A DNA stretch of 64,000 bases, taken from Geosiphon pyriformis uo1 (Eukaryota > Fungi > Glomeromycota). Shown piece after piece: positions 39,215 to 53,290 of this stretch (its first letter is position 1; each line of letters begins with the position of its first letter). The stretch spans positions 434,001 to 498,000 of the forward strand of contig JAAOMT010000046.1 in the NCBI GenBank assembly GCA_016748015.1, read 5' to 3'. A program made the translations under genes and the position numbers. The notes beneath the pieces are model-generated. The model was given only the letters and a program-made list of their open reading frames with translations. It was not told the DNA's origin and ran no database searches.

Positions 39215-40135
39215 TGTTACAGATAATTATTTGGAGTGTTGGAACAAATAACAAACTTGTAATTTGGTGTTTAATAGTTGATGATGTTGGTAATTTCTAA
39301 AAATTTTGAAGTCTGAAAGTTTTGGTTAAGTTTTTTATATAATAAACAAAAATTCAATTGATGGTTTTTTTTGTGAATTTTTTTCTTCAATGTGATGACT
39401 AGTTTAATCTAACAGTCATGTTCTTTTGGTAAGCTATTTTTAAATTTCTACTTTTATTTCTGGATTTTTTACCAGGCTATTCTTAATATTAAATATTCAG
39501 TACTTAATTCCTTTAATTAATTAGCAAACAACAAAAAAATAAAACCAAAAAAAATAAAAGAAAATAAAAGAAATAAAAGAAAATAAGAAATTAGTATTCT
39601 ATTAATAACTATGATCAAAAGCTATTAATCTAGTGTAGTTAAGTGTTAGATTCTATTAAAATAGAGTATTAATAGAGTAAAAATAATTAATACTTCTTAA
39701 TCAAGTGATAATAACATAAATTTAAGTAATAATTAATATTTTATTAATATGTGATTTGATTTTACTTCAAATTATAAAAAACTATCTTTTGAAGAAAAGA
39801 GTTTTGAGTAATTAATGAGTTTCAACTAATTGTTAGTATTGATTTTGTTTTTTCTGTTTTTAATACTCTCACTATATATACATATTTTTTGTTATATAAT
39901 ATCTCATAGTTTTTTAAGCAATATGCTCTATTTTCTCTAATAATATGCTTATTGTTAAGCAATATGCTATAATTTTCTGACAATGTGCTTATTGCTAAAC
40001 AGTATACCATAATTTACTAATAATATGTCATAATTTTCTGATATTATGCTTATTTACTAAGTATTATTCTTTTATTGATTTATTTTTCTATCTGTTTTTC
40101 TATTTTTCTTTCTTGTATTTTTTCTATGAATAATA
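39215..40135 (-). mobile_element. Solo LTR inserted into the RT of the old Gypsy
   Basis: Begins TGTTACAG. Candidate TSD ATAT at 39211-39214 and 40136-40139. The RT motif is split across it. Similar to the LTR at 8149. Orientation inferred from the PBS side of that homolog. Confidence 0.7.
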
Positions 40136-43100
40136 ATATATGTTTTTTGGCTTAACCAATACACCAACCACTTTCTAATAACTAATAAAAATTGTTTATA
40201 TAAAAATACTATAAAAATTAATAGTTATATACTTAGATAACACAAATATATTTTCTAAAACATTTGATAATTATCTTTATTATTTTTAATAAATATTCAT
40301 AAGATTAAAAAAAGTTGGATTAAAGTTAAATACTACTAAATACTTTTTTAAAAAGACAAAGCTCAAGTTTTTAAAACATATTATTAATAAAAACAGTATT
40401 AAAACAGATTCAGACAAAATTAAAAAAGTTAAAAACTTTTTAATATCAACAAATTTTATAAAACTAAGAATATTTCTGAAATTTGCTAAATATTATTATT
40501 GCTTTATCCACAATTTTTTTAAATTGGCTCAACTATTTTATTAGCTCTAAACAAAAAACACAAAATATAAATAGACTGAACAATAATAAAAAACTTTTAA
40601 TATACTAAGAAAAAAGTCTGTTTAAGTTTTAGTATTAATTTATTCAGATTATAATAAATACATTAGGCCAAGCATTAAAAGCAGTTCTATTACAATAAAA
40701 ATCTAATAAATAAAAATATTTAATAGTATATATTAACTGAAATTTAAGTCTAGCCAAAAAAAATTATAACACTTTAGCAGTAAAATATTTAATTATCTAC
40801 TAAACTGTAATAAAATAAAAAAAGTATTTAAGTCAAAAATTTGATATCTATACAAACCACAAAAAATTAACATTAATTTAAAAACAAAAATTTGGAAATA
40901 ATTATCATATAAAATAGAAGATAAAATTGTTATTATTTAAATATATAATACATTATAAAAAAAAAAAAAAAATGTTGATAAATTGTTTAGAATAAGAATA
41001 TCATAAACCAAAAATAAGTTAAAAAATAAATATACAAAAATACTAACAATTATAATATTATATTATTAATTAAAAATTCAAGAAGAAATTATTTCAGAAT
41101 AAATAAAATTATCTAAAACAACAAATAAAATATTTTATTACTTACTAAAATATATTATATTAGAAAAACAAAAAAAAGCCAAACCAATTATTTAGAATAA
41201 TTACATAACCAAAAAAAGAGATAATACTATTTAATATGTACTTAAAACCAATAACAAGATATTTCTATAAAAAAACTATAATTAAAAAAACCAAAAACCA
41301 ATACTACTAGTTATTAATATATTCAAATATTATTTAATATGTTTAAAATTATAATGTTTGTCAAAAAAAAAGAATAAAATTCAGTAAATTATTAAAACTA
41401 ATTAAAATAAGACAGTTATTTAAGTAGATTAAATTTATCTTAATAAGATTACTAATAATTATTAGCAAAGGTAACAGATATATAGCAATAACAATAAATT
41501 ATTTTACTAAATAGCCAAAAGTTAAAATCATTCAACGAATTAATACAGAAACTATAACAGAATTTATGCACCAAAAACTGTTTTATTATTATGAATATTC
41601 AAAAAAATTATTATTAAATTAAAAACTCATTTTATAAACAAAATCTTAATAAAATTAAATTAAAGATTTAAAATAAAAAAATTATTATTATTATTATTAT
41701 TATATTATTTACAACAAATAACTTAGTTAAAAAGTTTAACAGAATATTAAGTAAAACAATAGCCAAAATTAATTAAGAAAATTAAAATAAATATAACTTA
41801 TTTATATTATCTATATTATTTGCTTATTAAATAAAGCAAGATACTATTTAGACAATATTATTTAAATTAATCTATAGTAGAACAACAATACTATTAATTG
41901 AGATAAATATTCAAACAAATTTAGCTAAACCAATAACAAAAGCTAATTTTTAAGCAATATTGTTACAAAAAATATATGATTTAATAAAAACACTAAAAAA
42001 TAAATAAAAAAAAGCAGTTAATAATATTTAAAAATTACAATTAGATAAACCAGTTGAATTTAAAATTAAAAACAAATATTTTTATATTGTACTAAGGCAA
42101 AAAAACAATAAAGTAGAAAGTTTAATCTCAAATAAGATGAATTATTTTATATTAAAAAAATTTTGGAAAATAAAACATACAAATTAAGATAAAACAATAA
42201 TATTTTAATTAAAAAAGCACATAGTAATTAATTTACACTATATTATAACAGAATATTATTAATTATTAATAATATTTCACAATTAAAAATATAAAAACCC
42301 AATATACATAACAAAAAAGAAACAAAAATAATAAAAATTACTGATAATATTCACTTTATTACACAAAAATTGTTTTAACCTATAAAATATTGAAAGTTAA
42401 ACATAAAAATAACAATTAATAAATAAAGTATCTAACACAAAAACACAGAAAAAAACAAAAACTTCAAAACAATTTACAGTACTAAGTACACTTACTATTT
42501 AAAAATATAATAAATAAAATAATAAGAAAAATAAAAACAATATTAAAAAATTTAATGATAACTGCAGTATATTAGAAAATAAACAAAAAAAATTAGAATT
42601 AATAAATACAACAATTTTTTAAGAACTTTTGCTATTACTACTTAGAAAAACAACTAAATCTTCAAAACTTGTATATAAATAAAACCAAGTAAATATTTAA
42701 TTTAATTATATTACAGCAGATAAAACAATTTGTAAAAAATAATAGCTTAACTACATATGTGAAAACAATCTATTAATTATAAACAAGATTTTAAAATTGT
42801 GTAAAAATATTATTATATATTTAATAATAAACATAGTAACAATCAACTAGTATAAAAAAATTACTAATATTTAATTCAAAAAATTATGAGCCAGAATTGC
42901 CAATACAATTCTAGAAAAAATAATAATAAAGTTAATTTAAGAAAAAAATCTGGATAATTTCAACAAAACTTAATATTAAAAAAAAACATATTATTATTTA
43001 TATAATAACAAAAAATAATAAGTTAGATAAATAACCAATTAAAAATAGGCATAATAAAAAAGAAATTTCAGAATTTTAGTAATACTTTTAGTAAAAATTA

Positions 43101-43789
43101 CAAGATTCCAAAATTTTAGAAGATTTTAAGAAAGCTTATATAATGAAAATTATGTATATATAGCAATAAAAATAGAAAAAAAAAGACAAACAAGAATCTA
43201 AAACTTAGTTTTTTTTTAAAAAAATTAATTTGTTATTACTTAAAGTAAAATTATCTATTTATTAATAAAATTATCAATTACTATTTGATTTATGTTATTA
43301 TTATTACTTAATTGAATTATTTACTATTTTTTGCCATTTCAGCAATTTATGCTAATAATAATTAATACTTAACTATACTAAAACAATAATTCTTGATTAT
43401 AATTATTATTAAAATACTAATTTTTTTATTTTTTTTATTTTTTTTTATTTTGTTTGTTATGTTTGCTAAAATTAATTAAAAAAAACATTAAGATTATAAT
43501 GTCAGAAATTATTGGTAAAAAATAATAAGACAAAATATAGATTAAATAATATTAATTACTTATTAGAAGAATATATTTATTAAAATAAACTAGTTACTAT
43601 ATCAAAGAATTAAATATCAAGTATTATTAACTATTTGCTATTGAATTTTTGTTTATTATATAAAAAACTTAACCAAAATTTTCAAATTATGAAAACTTTT
43701 AAAACTTATTTTCATAATTATTTATTTAGTACCAAGTTATAAATTTGTTATTTATTCTAATATCTAAATAATTATCTATAATAATATTT

Positions 43790-44800
43790 ATATTAGCTTT
43801 TGTTTTAAAAGCTTGTTGTTAGATATTTGTTTATTTGTATTACATATTTTTTGCTTAAAGTTAGTAAAATAACTAAATATTTGCTGAGAAGTTTTTAATA
43901 AATTGTTAATAATATCTAGTTAATTTTAAAAACTTTTAAGTTTTATTAAGTTTTAAGATTTTGGAAAGTTTTTAATTATTTTAATTTTGTTTAAATTAGT
44001 TTTAATGTCTTTTTTTTCAAATATATGTTTTAAAAATTTGAGTTTTGTTTTTTTGTAAAAGTATTTATTAGTATTTAAATTTAATCTAATATATAAAAAT
44101 CTTTTGAATACTTGTTATAAATAATATAAATATTTATTAAATGTTTTTAAGAATATATTAATATTATTTAAATATACAATTACTAATTTTTATAATATAC
44201 TAAAGTAAACAATTTTTATTAATCATTAGAATATAATAAATATATTGGTTATACTAAATAGTATTACTTAAATTTAAAGTTTTTTTTATTGATTGTAATG
44301 TTATTTTTTTTTTGTTATTTGAATTTATAGCTATTTATTAATATTTACTGTTTAAAATCAATATAGAAAACTATTTATTTTTATTAAATAAGTCAAATAA
44401 TTTTTGAATTAATAGTATTAAATAATTATTATTATAAGTAATACTATTAAGTTTGTAATAATTTATATAAAACTGGATTTTGTTATTTTTTTTGTATTAG
44501 TATTACTAATAATAATTATAGATTCATAGATAATTAAATTAATTTACTGTTTAATATTTAATTAATTTTTTTTTAATGATATTATAATTGGCTAATAATA
44601 TTTTATATATTTTTTACTTAATTAGTATTATATTTTCAGTTTTAATTTTATGTTAAATTATATTAGTTCTCTTAAACTTATTTTTACTTATAAAAATATT
44701 GATATATTGTTTGAGCAATACTTAAAATTGTATTTTTTGGAATTATTCTAAGTTTTTTAAGTTTATTTGTTTTAGTTATTCTAATTAAAACAAATAATAT
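43790..44800 (-). pseudogene. Decayed Gypsy RT fragment
   Basis: Reverse complement of ~44020-44085 matches the RT relic at 40320-40385. Confidence 0.55.
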
Positions 44801-44848
44801 TTACTTTTTTAAATCTAAATTTGTAATATAAAATCTACATATCCATAT

Positions 44849-44887
44849 CACGTTTGGACCTCAATTGTTAAACATAATAAAAAAAAA
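44849..44887 (+). mobile_element. 39-bp LINE tail-end + polyA micro-insertion
   Basis: CACGTTTGGACCTCAATTGTTAAACATAATAAAAAAAAA flanked by the perfect 10-bp repeat ATATCCATAT (44839-44848 / 44888-44897). Resembles LINE tail ends (GTGTTTGGACTTCACTCATTAAA). Confidence 0.7.
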
Positions 44888-46140
44888 ATATCCATATAAT
44901 TAGTTAAAATTTATAATATTGGTTAGTTGGTTTTTAATTTTTGAATTTAAATATTTAATAATAGTGTTAACTGTAATTTTTACATAATTTTTTGTGTTGT
45001 TAAAAATTAAAATTCTGAAAGATTTTGGCTTTTAGCTGATATATATAAGTTGATAATAGCAATAATTTTATTTTGATATCTTTCTGATTTTATTTTAAAA
45101 ATCTGTAATTAATTTTTAATTTTTCTGAATATTTTTAATAAGTATTTGTAATATAATAAAATAGAAATAATATGTAAAAATAATTTTTTTCTGGTCAATA
45201 GTTTTCTCTGTTATATTAATAAATATATTAAATTTTTCAATTAATTTAAATTTATTAATCTCTTTGGTAATAATTTTTAATTCTTTTTTTATTCTTATTA
45301 AATCTTTAATCAAAGATAAAAATATAGTTTGTGCTATTTTTTTTAATTCTATTTTATAAACTTTATCTAAATTATTTTGTAATATAACAACAATATTTTT
45401 TACATATTTAGTATTAATTGTTTTTTTTTATAGTAATTTTTTTTCTTGTTAAACTAAATTTAAATATTAATTAAATCATAATTATTGTTAACATTTTTAA
45501 TATTAACTTTAAATTTATATTGGTAAGTAAATAAAATTATAAATTATAAAAACTTGTTCTGAATATTTAAGATTAAATTTAATATTTGTTATATGTGCTT
45601 TTTTAGACATAATGTTTTTATTATTTTTGTTAAACTATTTAAATTTCTGTTTTTTTGATAAGTTGAGAAATGTTATATGTTGTTTAGTTTTAAAAGTAAT
45701 ATTTAAATTTTTGTTAGATTTGAAAATAATGTTTGAATCAAGATTAAGTTTTAATTTCAATTTATTAGCTTTATTGATTGGCTTGTTAATTTTGAAAATC
45801 AAATAAATAATCTATAATAATAAATAATAAACAAAATTACAATTATTATAATATTTAAATTAACATAAAATAAGATAGTATTTACAGAATTAAATATTAA
45901 GACTAATAAGTTTTTGTTTTTGTTTTTTTTAGATTAATGCTAGTAATCAGTAATATTTATTGAACTTTACAAAATTGTTAAACATAACAAAAAACAAGTT
46001 TTAAGTTAATTTTTTTTTAAATTTTTTTTTGATTATATGTATTTTTATTTAGTAGTTGTTATTTTTTAAATTTTGTTTTTATTATACAAATATTTTTTCA
46101 ATTATTTAAGAGCATAATTATAAATTGTATTTATTAATAT

Positions 46141-49100
46141 TATTATAGATTAACTTAGTAAGTAGTATTATAATATTTTGTATTTGTGATTTAGAAATAA
46201 AACTATTTTTAAAGTGAAAATAAGAACTTAAAGATCTTTTAAATATATTTGTTTTTCTATTAAATCTGTCTATTAATTTTTAAAGAGCTGTTGTAATTTA
46301 GTTTTATCTATTAAGTTCTTTAGTTATAAGATACAAAAATATTGTTTTAGCAGTCATATAGTTGTAATTGTTTATTTTGTACTAATTAAGTACAATCATT
46401 AAAATTTAATAGTATTTTTATATTTTTTTAATAAGCTAACAAGATAAAATTAATATATTTAAACTTAAAAAAAGCTTTTTTTTTATCAGATTATTATAAA
46501 GTTTATTTTTAAGATAGTTGATTTTCAATATTGTTATTTTTCAAGAATAAACAAAATAAAATAAAATAAAAATGAAATTAGTATTCTATTAATTATTATA
46601 ATTAAGAGTAATTAGTCTAAGTTATTAAAGTTCTAAAAACATTTATGCTAATTGTATTTAATCTGAAATAAAAATAAATAAAACAAATAATTGGATTCTA
46701 ATAAGTTCCAAAATTATAAAATTAAGAATTAAATAAAAATATTTTATTTTATTTGATAAAAATATAAGAAAAAAAAATCAGTTTTTATTCTTTAAATATA
46801 ATTTAAAGTGAATTTAATTCTGTCTTTTTCTGTTTGTTATTACTATTTATTTTTATAAATATTTTTTAGTTTTATATAATTGTTTTCAATTGCTTATTAT
46901 TGTTAATTATTGTTTATTATACTAATTATTGTTTTATTTTTTTATGTTATAACTAATATTTTATACTATTTTTAATTATTTTATATTATTATATATTATT
47001 TTATATTATTGTATATTATTTCATATTATTGTGTATTATTTTGTATTATTATATATTAATCATGTTTTTTAATAAAGTTTTAATTAGTTTTTTTACTTAA
47101 ATAATAATAATATTTTTTTAAAATTAAGTTTTTGTAAAATTATATATATCTTTAAAAGTTGTTTATTTTATATAATATTTAAGTATTGTATTAAATATTG
47201 CTTTTTATGGTTTTTTAAACTAAAGATTGTTTATTTGTTTAATGTTGTTAATCTTAATTGCTTTTATTAAACTGTTTAATAATATGACTAAATATTATTT
47301 AAATATTAAATATAATTAATAAGTTATTTTATAATATAATATTATTTTTAAAAAGCTGTTAGGATTTGTGTTTTTGGTTCTTTTTTTATAGTAAACTTTA
47401 TATAAAAATTGTTGTAAATAGGTGTTCTATTTTGTACATTTTTTTTTAGTTGTAGTTTATTAAACAATCAGATTAATTTTTTATAATTAATATATAAATT
47501 AAAAGATTAACAAAGATAATATCTTTAATTTTATATAGTTTAATAAATAGTAAGACATTTTAAGTTAATAGTACTATATATTTTTTTGGCTAAGTTTGTA
47601 CTACAACTAGCATAAATAATCAGATATTTTCAGTTATTAAGCCCAATTTGTAATAAAACAGCTTCTAAAACATTTTTTAAAATATTTATAGCTATAATAA
47701 ATTGTTTTTTAAAATTTAAGTACATTAAAACTAAAGTTTTAATAAATTAGTATTTGAAATAGTTAAAAACTTTTTTTTAATTATTTTTTACATATATAAA
47801 ACATATTTTAAAAGCAAATAATAGAAGAGTTTGGTAATATTTAAAAAGTCTTTAATAAATTTACAATAGTATTTAACAAGTTCTAAAAATTTTTATAGTT
47901 TTTTTAAATTAATAGATGCTAGAAAATTTTTAACTTTTTAGACTTTTTTTGAATTAAGTTTTACTTTGTTTTTTTTAATTATATGTTTTAAGAATTATAG
48001 TTTAGTTTTTTTAAAGAAGCATTTGTTTAAATTAAGCTTAAATTTAATATTTTAAAAGTAATTAAATACTTATTAAAAATAAAATAGATGATTATTAAAT
48101 GTTTTTAAAAATATTTTGGTGTTATTCAAGTAAATAAAAACTAATTTTTAAAAAATTTCTTTATATATAGCATTTATTAGATATTAAAAAATGACTTGAA
48201 TATTGTAAAATTCAAAAAACATAATATTAAATTTAAAGTTTTTATTTCGAATAGTAAAAACAGTTTTTTTTTATTGATTAAGTTTATTTTAATTTGTTAA
48301 TATTTACTGGCCAAATCTAATAATAAAAACCATTTTTTTTTAAATTATTTAAATAAATATAATTAAATAACTGTTTTTTTGAATAATACTATTAAGTTTT
48401 TAATAATTAATATAAACATATTTTTTCGTTTTTTTTATAATAAAAATAACAAGTAAAAACCATAAACTTAAAAATTTTTTAATTAAACTATTATTTAATA
48501 TTTACTGTATTTCATTTTTTATCAAGTTGTTTTCCTTAGGAGTAATTTAATAAACATTTTGTTTAATAAGTTTGGTATCTTTAATATTGGTTTTATGTTT
48601 TACAATATTAATTTATTTGAATTTATTCTTATTAATAAAAATATTAACATATTAATATAACAGAATTTCGAGTTATATTTGTTAAAATATGCTTAAATTC
48701 TCAAGATTAAGTTTTAAATTTCTTTTAAAGTAAACAAATAGCTTTCCTTTGACAAATTTTATACTTGTAAAATGATATTACAATATAAAACAGTTAAACA
48801 AAATCAAAAATAAATTGGAGTTTTTAAGATTTATAAATATTTGCAGTTATAGAATTAATAAAAGTTTTATTAGAAATTTTAATAATATTATTTATTAAAT
48901 TGTAAATAAAAATCTTAAAATATTTATAAGACTTTGCAAATATATAGAAATTTGTAATATTGGTCAGATAACAAACTTTTAAACAACTTTAAACAATAAA
49001 AATTTGTTTTGAGTTTTTTGTTTAACTTTTATAATATATTATTAATAAAATAAAATTAAAACTACAATATTAATATAAATAAATTTTTTTATATTACTTA

Positions 49101-52100
49101 ATTTTTTTATAAAGTTGATTTGTATATTTTTTTACTAAATTTAAATCTTTAGATTTTTTAACAGTAAAACTTAATTTTTTTTAGATATTTATTAAAGTAA
49201 GTTGAAAGATTTTAATAAGAAATAAGAAAATAACTTAAGTAATTTTTTCTTGTAATTTAATAATATAGGATTTATTATAATTGTTTTAAAGTATTATAAT
49301 AATGTTTTAAAGTATTACAATAACGTTTTTAGTATATTTAGTGTTAATTATTCTTTTTTTAATATCAATTTTTTTGTTTACAAGACTTAAACATAAAATA
49401 ATTTGAACTATTGTATTTTAAAAATAATTTAAAATCTATTTTTATAAAAAAATAAAACACTATAATTAGTAAAGATTGCTTTAAATATCTTAAATTAAAT
49501 CTGATATTACTAGTATGTGCTTATTTTAAACAGATTTTTTTATTATTATTATATTATTATTTTAGTTTTAGTTCTTTAAAAAAATCCAAATAAAAAAAAT
49601 ATTATTTAATTTTAAGAGTTATATTTAATTCTTAAAATAAAATGTTTTCTTTATTTAATTTAAATTTTTTTTAAATTTTTTAAGTTCAAAAATTAGATAT
49701 AGAATTCAAAATAATAGATTAAATAAAAAATCATATTTGTTACAATATTTAAAGTAACAAAAAATTAAACAGTATTTATACAATTGAATATTAAAACTAA
49801 TTAATCTCTTTTTTTGTTTTTTTTGAATAAAAATAAAATCTTAATAATATTTCTAGAATGTTTTTTGATTATTGATAAAAAAATCATTCATATTTAGTAC
49901 AATAATTAGTGTATTTTTGATAATATAGATCTTTTTAACAATTATACTTTTCTATTTTGCTGTTGCTATTCTTTAAATTTTTGTTTTTATTATAATTTAA
50001 TTAATTGATTGCTTATTTATATATAGTAGTAAATAAAGTTTTTTTACATGCTTAATTATTAATAAAAATAGTATATTAATATGATTTATTATATGTTTTT
50101 TCTTTATTAACAATATTATTTCATATTTTTTTATTTGACAAATTTTTTTTACAAATAAAATATAATTTATTGTTTTATTTGTTTTGTTGTTTAGAACATC
50201 TAAATTATTTTAATATATATAATTAACAGTAATATTTGATAGCTATTAACATATTTTATTATTTTTAATACATATATTTATTGATAATAGCTTTTTTTTA
50301 TAGTCAATATATACTAGTTTTGATTAACAATATGACTGATTTCTTTAATTTTATAAAGCATAAATAAACATCAATATTTGTGATTTTTTTTCAATTTCTT
50401 TTTTTTTTTTTTTAGATAAATAGTAATAATAAGTTAATGTAAAATTTATTGGCCCAAAAAATTTGATAAGTTTTCAAAATAAGTTGTATTAAAGATTTTT
50501 TAAATTTGATTAAGGATTATTCAAATATTACTGTTTTAAAATATTTACAAGTAATAAATATTTGAATATATTGGTCATTAAAAATAATTTATAGCTTTTA
50601 TATGTTTTTGTTAAAAATAATATGAATTTTAGTTAATTAATTATTTTTAACTAATGCTTAATATTAAATTGTTTTCATAACAAAAACTTTGATAAGAATT
50701 TTAATTCTATTAGTTTTAAAAAAAATATATTAATTTTTTTAATTAATATTTTGGTGTTTTTATTAATAGTAATAATCTAAATAGTAACAACATGATTAAC
50801 TTGATAACTTAATTAATTTATAAATTGTTTTTTTTAAAAAATACAATATTATTAAAATTTTGGATTTTAAAAAAATCAAAATAGACAGCTTGGTTTAAAC
50901 ATTTGTTAATAATGTTTAAGATAGTAAATTATTGCAATTTATATTTTAAAATACAAATATTGATTGTAATTGAGTTCTGGTGTAATTTTTTTAGTTATAA
51001 TTATAGTCAATTGCTTAGAATTTTGAATTATTGTATTAAAAAATCTAATACTAAAATTGTAATTACATTAACAATTGAGTTTGTTGGTAATAATTTAATA
51101 ATTATTATAATAAATATTGTAATAACTAATACTAAAAAAATAGATATTAATATTTTATTGATTATATATATTTTAATTATTGTTAATATTAATTTTTATA
51201 ACTTTAATTCAACATTTTTTTCAGCAATTTTTAATAATATAGCCAGTTTTTTAATAATAATAATAGTTACAAGAATCTTGTTTCTATGGCTATTGTTATT
51301 ATTAACATTATTATTATTATTAATATTTTAAACTGTGTTTATTTTTTCAATTTGTAATAGTTAATAAGTTTCTGAATTTTTAACAAAAAATTTTTCAATT
51401 TTTTGAGTTAATTTTTTACTTAATTGAATAAATTTTGTATTAATATTGAAATTTTTATTTATAGCTAAGTTAATAACTTGAGTGTGACTTACTTCTTGTT
51501 TAATAAATTTAAAATTATAATCAAATTTTATAAACTTATTAAATAGTAAAACTTAATGATTTAAAAAATATTATTTTTTAATTTTTTGATAAATTAATTC
51601 AAAATTTAAACAGAAATGTAGCAATTTATTTTAATAACTTGAATTTAATAGAAAACCTAATTAAATTGGCCAAAATAAATAGTAATAACTTTATGGTTTT
51701 TTTGTTTTATTATATTAAATTGGTTTTGTAATCTGATTAAAATATTTAAATTACAAGAAATGCAATTTTGAAAACAGCAAAGTTGGTGGTTTTTTTAGAA
51801 AGATTTTGATATCATAAGTTAACTGTTTTAATTAAAAAAAATAAAGCTTAGATAGTTTTTATATTATTTTAATTGTTAATAGTAATTACTTTTTTAGTTT
51901 TTACAATTTAAGTATAAATATTTTTTTCTTTATCAGAAAATTTTTTTAGTTTGATAATATCTTAATAAATTATAATAAAATTAATAAAAAGTTATTTTAT
52001 TAAAGATAATAATAAAACTAATAAAAATATACTGAATTTTTTAGTTATTGCATATTATTTTTTTTATTAATTATTGAAATAGATTAAAACAAAGAACTTT

Positions 52101-53290
52101 TTTTTAACAAAATAATTATTAATTTGGCCAGTTGTTATAATTGTTGTTGTTTTCAAAAAATAATATTTTTAAAAACTGTAGTTGTTATAGTAAGATTTTT
52201 AAATAAAATTTTATATTTTTTCAATAATTTAGTTCAAAAAATTTTATTAAAATCTTAAAAATAAAGATTTTTAAAAGTCTGTAAAGTTTTTAATTATAAT
52301 TTAATAGATTAATTAAACAGAATTCTACTTTCTAAAGTTTAATAATATAATAATATTGTTGATAAAAAAAATTTTGATTTTTTACTAATAATAAGTCAAG
52401 ATTTTTTTTAAGTAAACTGTTGCTAAATATTGCTTTTAATATTGAATTCTAATTTTTTAGAGTTTGCTTTTATATTATAATTTTTTTATAATTAAGAATA
52501 TTAATATTTAATATATTTTTCAATTTTTTTATTAATAAGAAAAAAAGTTTTTGTTATTGTTTTTTTTATAATTACAGTTAAATAAAATAATAAATTCTGG
52601 TATATTTGATTTTTAAGTTTTCTAATGTTGGTTGTTTTGCTTAAATAATAGTTAATTTTGATTTGTATATAGTAAAAAATTTTATTTTTAGCTGTAAATG
52701 TTTTTTTTGGTATTTTTAAATTTTTTCAAAAGTATTAGTATAGAGTTTTTTTAAAAGATAAGTGATTTTTTTTAACAGTTTTAATAATTATTATTTTGTT
52801 TAATTGTTAAAATGCTTTGTTTCTGTGAATTTTATAATTTTACAGAAAATACCAAATGTTATAGATAAATTTAATATATGATATTATAATGTTTAATGTT
52901 CATAATTTAAGAATAAAAGCCATTTTTAAAGTAAAAATAAGAGCTTAAAAATCTTTTAGATATATTTGTTTTCTTATTAAATTAGTTTATTAGTTTCTAA
53001 AAATTAATTTAGTTTTATTTATTGAGTTTTTTGGTTATAAGATACAAAGATGTTGTCTTAATAGTTATATAGTTGTAGTTGTTTATTTTATGCTAATTAA
53101 TCACAATTACTAAAATCTAATAGTATCTTTATACATTTTTAATAAGCTAACAAAATAAAATTAATATATTCAAACTTAAAAAAAGTTTTTTTCTTTTATG
53201 AAACTATTATAAAGTCTAATTTTAAGACAATTAATTTTAATATTGTCATTTTTCAAGAATAAAAAAATAAAATAAAATAAAATAATTAGT
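46141..53290 (-). mobile_element. Old decayed Gypsy element with two recognisable LTRs (46141-~47058; 52857-~53290, truncated)
   Basis: ~430-bp direct repeat 46141-46570 vs 52857-53290. Minus-strand PBS TGGTATTTTCTGTAAAATT at 52854-52836. RT relic KTVFTIRNKNFKFNIM near 48210-48265. Confidence 0.78.

Larger units (their letters stand above)
38100..43783 (+). mobile_element. Old decayed Gypsy element (RT, RNase H and integrase relics; probable 3' LTR ending ~43783)
   Basis: LCVNYKKL (~39005), KKTTFITR...FKFN (39170-39214) continuing as FFGLTNTPTTF (40143-40175). 43200-43783 is the reverse complement of the LTR type at 39215-39810. Left boundary uncertain. Confidence 0.7.

Noticed and set aside
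39215-43783. Inverted LTR pair suggesting a DIRS-like or large TIR element
   Set aside because: The left copy splits an RT motif and has its own candidate TSD. It is better explained as an antisense solo LTR inside a Gypsy whose own LTR is the right copy.
45906-46002. Possible further micro-insertion ending TTGTTAAACATAACAAAAAA with AA(T/C)AAGTTTT flanks
   Set aside because: Low complexity and imperfect repeat; cannot be distinguished from chance.
50903-51331. 142-aa hydrophobic ORF, and similar ORFs at 11874, 18314, 19957, 31165, 39822, 45116, 45612, 55112 and 60872
   Set aside because: I/L/F/K/N-rich chance frames in AT-decayed repeat DNA with no recognisable motif.
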